In this document: positions 60,760 to 64,000 of the stretch, piece after piece
Layout: every line of letters starts with the position of its first letter
Numbering within the stretch: the first letter of the stretch is position 1
NCBI RefSeq assembly: GCF_018350175.1
Contig: NC_058369.1
Location: 20,710,001 to 20,774,000, forward strand
Direction of reading: 5' to 3'
Source of the DNA: Felis catus
Lineage: Eukaryota
DNA: 64,000 nt
Translations under genes and position numbers: made by a program
Notes under the pieces: generated by a model
Told to the model about the DNA's origin: nothing
The model's database searches: none
What the model saw: only the letters and a program-made list of their open reading frames with translations

Positions 60760-62214
60760 GGAGCCTCTGCCTAGGATGTAGAAAGTTGGGTAAAACATTA
60801 ACTCCATCCTAACAAGAAAAAGACTAGCAATCCAAAAGAATTACAATATAGCAATTGCAAGAATAGCAATCCAAAACTTTCTTAAATCAGAGAACTGAAG
60901 TCACAAAGCAAACAGCTAGCTTGAAATCTAAGGAAAGGCAGACTCATCTAAGGAAAACAGGAAGTGAACATCAGCTCACCTATGGCAAAGCACGGGAGGA
61001 AGGGGCACTGGGTGCTATATAAGTGGGTAAGAAGAACTAAGTTAAGCCAACAAACTGCTAGAGGCTGAGTATAGAGAGTGTGAGAGTGAAGAACCCCTGG
61101 GAACCACAGACACAAATGGAGTTTGCATCCACTCACAAGTTTTTCACAGACCTCCACTGGGGATTCATGACAAAGATTGGCAGCAGGGCAGGAGATGGGA
61201 GAAAACCATCCCTGAGGGTGCAAACCCAGAGGAAGGCAGCTGACACGGAAAAGGCATGAAACCCTAACAGGACCCTTCTCTCCTACAGAACAAAACCCAT
61301 AAGTTATTGGGAGATGAGCAAAGATAAAACCCCGCTGCCCCTGGTGAGGAGAGGCAAGAAACCATCCTGAGCCAACATCACTCAGGCTTCCTAAGGCTGA
61401 GGGAGGGGATGGGCTACTAAGAATGCCCTACTTCTAAGACCCAGGGATATAGGGCCTGTCTAAGACTAAAGCTGGGGCCAGGCTAACAGAGAAGACTTGC
61501 AACAAAGCTAGCCAGCACCAACAACCTTGCACCAGCAGCCTATTGCTAGGGGAGGTGTAAGAGCATGGAAATAGATGCCCTCTGAGGAACAGGCCCCCAA
61601 GGAAGGTTGAAAGCTGGGGGTGGAGCAGGAACATTGAGAAAAACCCTCCAACACCCAGACCTCACCTAAGTACACAGTAACACTAAACTCAGCTCAACTC
61701 CTGATAAGACTATTTACTTCTGTCTCTACTGTCCTAACCACGATGTACAGCATTTAATAAAAAATTACGAGACACACAAAAGGCAAGGAAAAAGACACTG
61801 TCAGACAGAAAGTAATCAGCAGAATCAGAGGACTTCGATGTTGGTACTATCAGACATACAATTTAAAATAACAATGACTAACATGTTAAAGGTCGAATTG
61901 GAAAATGTGGACAATACACACAGACAGATCCGGAATTCCACCAGGGAGGTAGAAATTATAAGAAAGAGTCCACGCAAATGCTAGAAATAAGAAACCCAGT
62001 AACTGAGATGAAGAATGGCTTTGACAGGCTATTTATAGGCTCAGCTCAGCTGAGGAAAATAAATCAGTGTCCTTAAACATTGATCAATTCCTCAAACTGA
62101 AAGATAATAGGGGTGAAAAAAACAGAACAGAGCATCCATAAACTGTGAGACAATATCAAATTGTCTAACCTGTACGAGTGGAATTCCAGAAGGAAAGGAG
62201 AGAGAAAAGAGACA
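60760..62214 (+). mobile_element. Ancient LINE-1 (L1M-type) 5' region and first half of ORF1, degraded
   Basis: A-rich strand bias and ORF1-like passages (AAATGCTAGAAATAAGAAACCCAGTAACTGAGATGAAGAATGGCTTTGACAGGCT, and GGAATTCCAGAAGGAAAGGAGAGAG). The 5' boundary is approximate. Confidence 0.7.
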
Positions 62215-62634
62215 TTCCTTATAGACCAAATTTGCTGGTAGTGAATTATTTCAGCTTTTGTCCGAAAAAAGTCTATTTCTCTTTCATTTTTAAGAGATAT
62301 TTTTGCTAAGTACAGAATTCTGGGTTGACAGTTTTTTCTTTCAACGCTTTAAGATGTTACTTCAATGTCTTCTGGATTGTGTAGTTTCATATGAAAATTC
62401 GTCTGTGATTCTTACCTTCGACCAGCTCTGTATATAACGTCTCCTTCCTGTCGACTTTCAAGATTTTCTCTTAATGTTTGATTTTCAAAAACTTCAATAT
62501 AATTTGTGCAGGGTTTTAGTTTTGTTTTTTATTCAGCTTGCTTGTCCTTTCTCTGAGGTTTTTGGATCTATGGTTTGACACCTTTCATTAATTTTCAAAA
62601 ATCCTTGGTCATTATCTTTTTAATAGCACAAAAA
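62215..62634 (-). mobile_element. LINE-1 ORF1 second half in inverted orientation
   Basis: The strand bias switches to T-rich. The minus strand reads AAGATAATGACCAAGGATTTTTGAAAATTAATGAAAGG...CTGTCAACCCAGAATTCTGTACTTAGCAAAAATATCTCTT, which is typical of the L1 ORF1 3' part. Confidence 0.75.
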
Positions 62635-62645
62635 TCATGAATTTT

Positions 62646-62851
62646 TTAAAAAGTTTATTTATTTTGAGAGAGAGTGTGCATAAGCATGAGTGGGGGAAGG
62701 GCAGAGAGAGAAGGAGAGAGAGAATCCCAAGTAGGCTCCATGCTGTCAGCATGGAGCCTAACTCGGGGCTTGATCTCACAGACTGTGAAATCATGACCTG
62801 AGCTGAAACCAAGAGTCAGATGCTTAACCGATTGAGCCACCCAGGCACCCC
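62646..62851 (-). mobile_element. Can-SINE with 11-bp TSD
   Basis: SINE body. TSD TCATGAATTTT at 62635-62645 and 62852-62862. Confidence 0.92.
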
Positions 62852-62864
62852 TCATGAATTTTAT

Positions 62865-63264
62865 TATTAATTTCTTATGGTTGTTCTAACAAACTGTCAC
62901 ACTTGATGGCTTAAAACAAGAGAAATTTATTCTCAGAGTTCTAGAGATCAGAAATCCAAAATTAAGGTATCAACAAGAGCCCTTCCCTCTGGAGGCACTA
63001 AGGGAGAATCTGTTCTTGCCTCTTCCAGTTTCTGGTGGCTCCAGGATTCCCTAGTTTATGCATAACTCCAGTCCCTACCTCCATCTCCACATGGCCTTAT
63101 CTTCTTCTCTCTGTGTATCTCTTATAAGGACACTTGTCATTGGATTTAGGGCCAATTAACTCCATCGTCAAAGATCCTTTTCCCAAATAAAATCACAATT
63201 GCAGGTTCTGGGGGTCAGGACACAGACATATCTTTTGGGGGGGGCCACCATTCAACCCACAACA
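62865..63264 (-). mobile_element. MaLR solo LTR (MLT1A/B/C-like)
   Basis: Hallmark strings GGCTTAAAACAAGAGAAATTTATTCTC, TCTTCCAGTTTCTGGTGGCT, CTCTTATAAGGACACTTGTCATTGGATTTAGGGC, and the end GGGGCCACCATTCAACCCACAACA. Confidence 0.85.
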
Positions 63265-63977
63265 AAATGCTTAGATATAAGTCTAATAACATATATGCAA
63301 AAAAACTACCATACGTTGATGAGTAAAATCAAAGAAGACCAATATCAATGAAGTACCATGTTTATATACTGAAGGCTCAATGTTATTAAGATCTCAATTC
63401 TCCCTGAAATCAACTACAGAAATCAAGAAGCTGATTCTGAAATCTGTATGAAAAGGCAGAGCAACTAGAGAAGCCAAAACAATTTTGAACAGAAGAAGAA
63501 AATGAGAAAATTCACATTACCTGATTTCAAGACTTAGTCTAAAGCTACAGCAACCAAGACAAGTGTGGTACTGGTGAAAAGACAGACAAATAGAACAATG
63601 GAACAAACAGTGTCCAGAAATACACCCACAGATATCTGGTCAATTAATTTTTAACACAGTTACACAAACAACTTAGTAAAGACAGTTGCAGGAACTGGCT
63701 ATCCATATGTAAAACAATGAACTCTGTTACATACTTTACACCACATACAAAAAGTAACTCAAAATGGATCACAGACCTACATGTAAAACCTAAAACTATA
63801 ATATTTGTATAATTTTCTTTTCTAAAACATAGGAGAAGATCTTTGTAACTTTGGATTAGGCAAAGATTTCTTAGATATGACACTGAAAGAATGGCCCATA
63901 AAAGAAAGCACTGATAAAATGAACTTCATTAACATTTAAAACTACTATTTGAAAGACAGTTAAGAAAATGAAAACTC
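63265..63977 (+). mobile_element. LINE-1 ORF2 3' portion, degraded
   Basis: ACATTACCTGATTTCAAGACTT...AAAGCTACAGCAACCAAGACAAGTGTGGTACTGG, ACACCACATACAAAAAGTAACTCAAAATGGATCACAGACCTA, GATTAGGCAAAGATTTCTTAGATATGACAC. Confidence 0.88.
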
Positions 63978-64000
63978 AGGACGCCTGGGTGGCTCAGTCA
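63978..64000 (+). mobile_element. Head of a Can-SINE cut by the window edge
   Basis: GGACGCCTGGGTGGCTCAGTCA matches the SINE 5' end and A box. Confidence 0.75.

Overview
Mammalian genomic DNA, most likely from a cat-family carnivore (Feliformia), judged from many tRNA-derived Can-SINEs of the SINEC_Fc type. It is not prokaryotic. The window holds the complete minus-strand DUSP7 gene (MKP-X/PYST2). Its three coding exons are 17380-16864, 15386-14952 and 12227-11920, which total 1260 nt or 419 aa plus stop. It has a CpG-island promoter and a ~1.8 kb 3'UTR ending near an AATAAA at 10156-10151. The window also holds the last two coding exons of minus-strand POC1A (54932-54789 and 35216-35118; ATTAAA at 34497-34492). 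The rest is intergenic or intronic DNA with Can-SINEs, MIR/L2 relics, a MER58 DNA transposon, a MaLR LTR, a probable ERV solo LTR, a rearranged old L1 and microsatellites. I found no convincing new gene or biological system. The best leads are regulatory or RNA-level: leaky scanning across three DUSP7 start codons, a second promoter-like CpG element upstream of DUSP7, candidate SRF/ETS/AP-1 and homeodomain enhancers, an in-frame skippable POC1A exon flanked by inverted SINEs, and an internally inverted L1 ORF1. Repeat family names and orthologue comparisons come from memory, not from searches.
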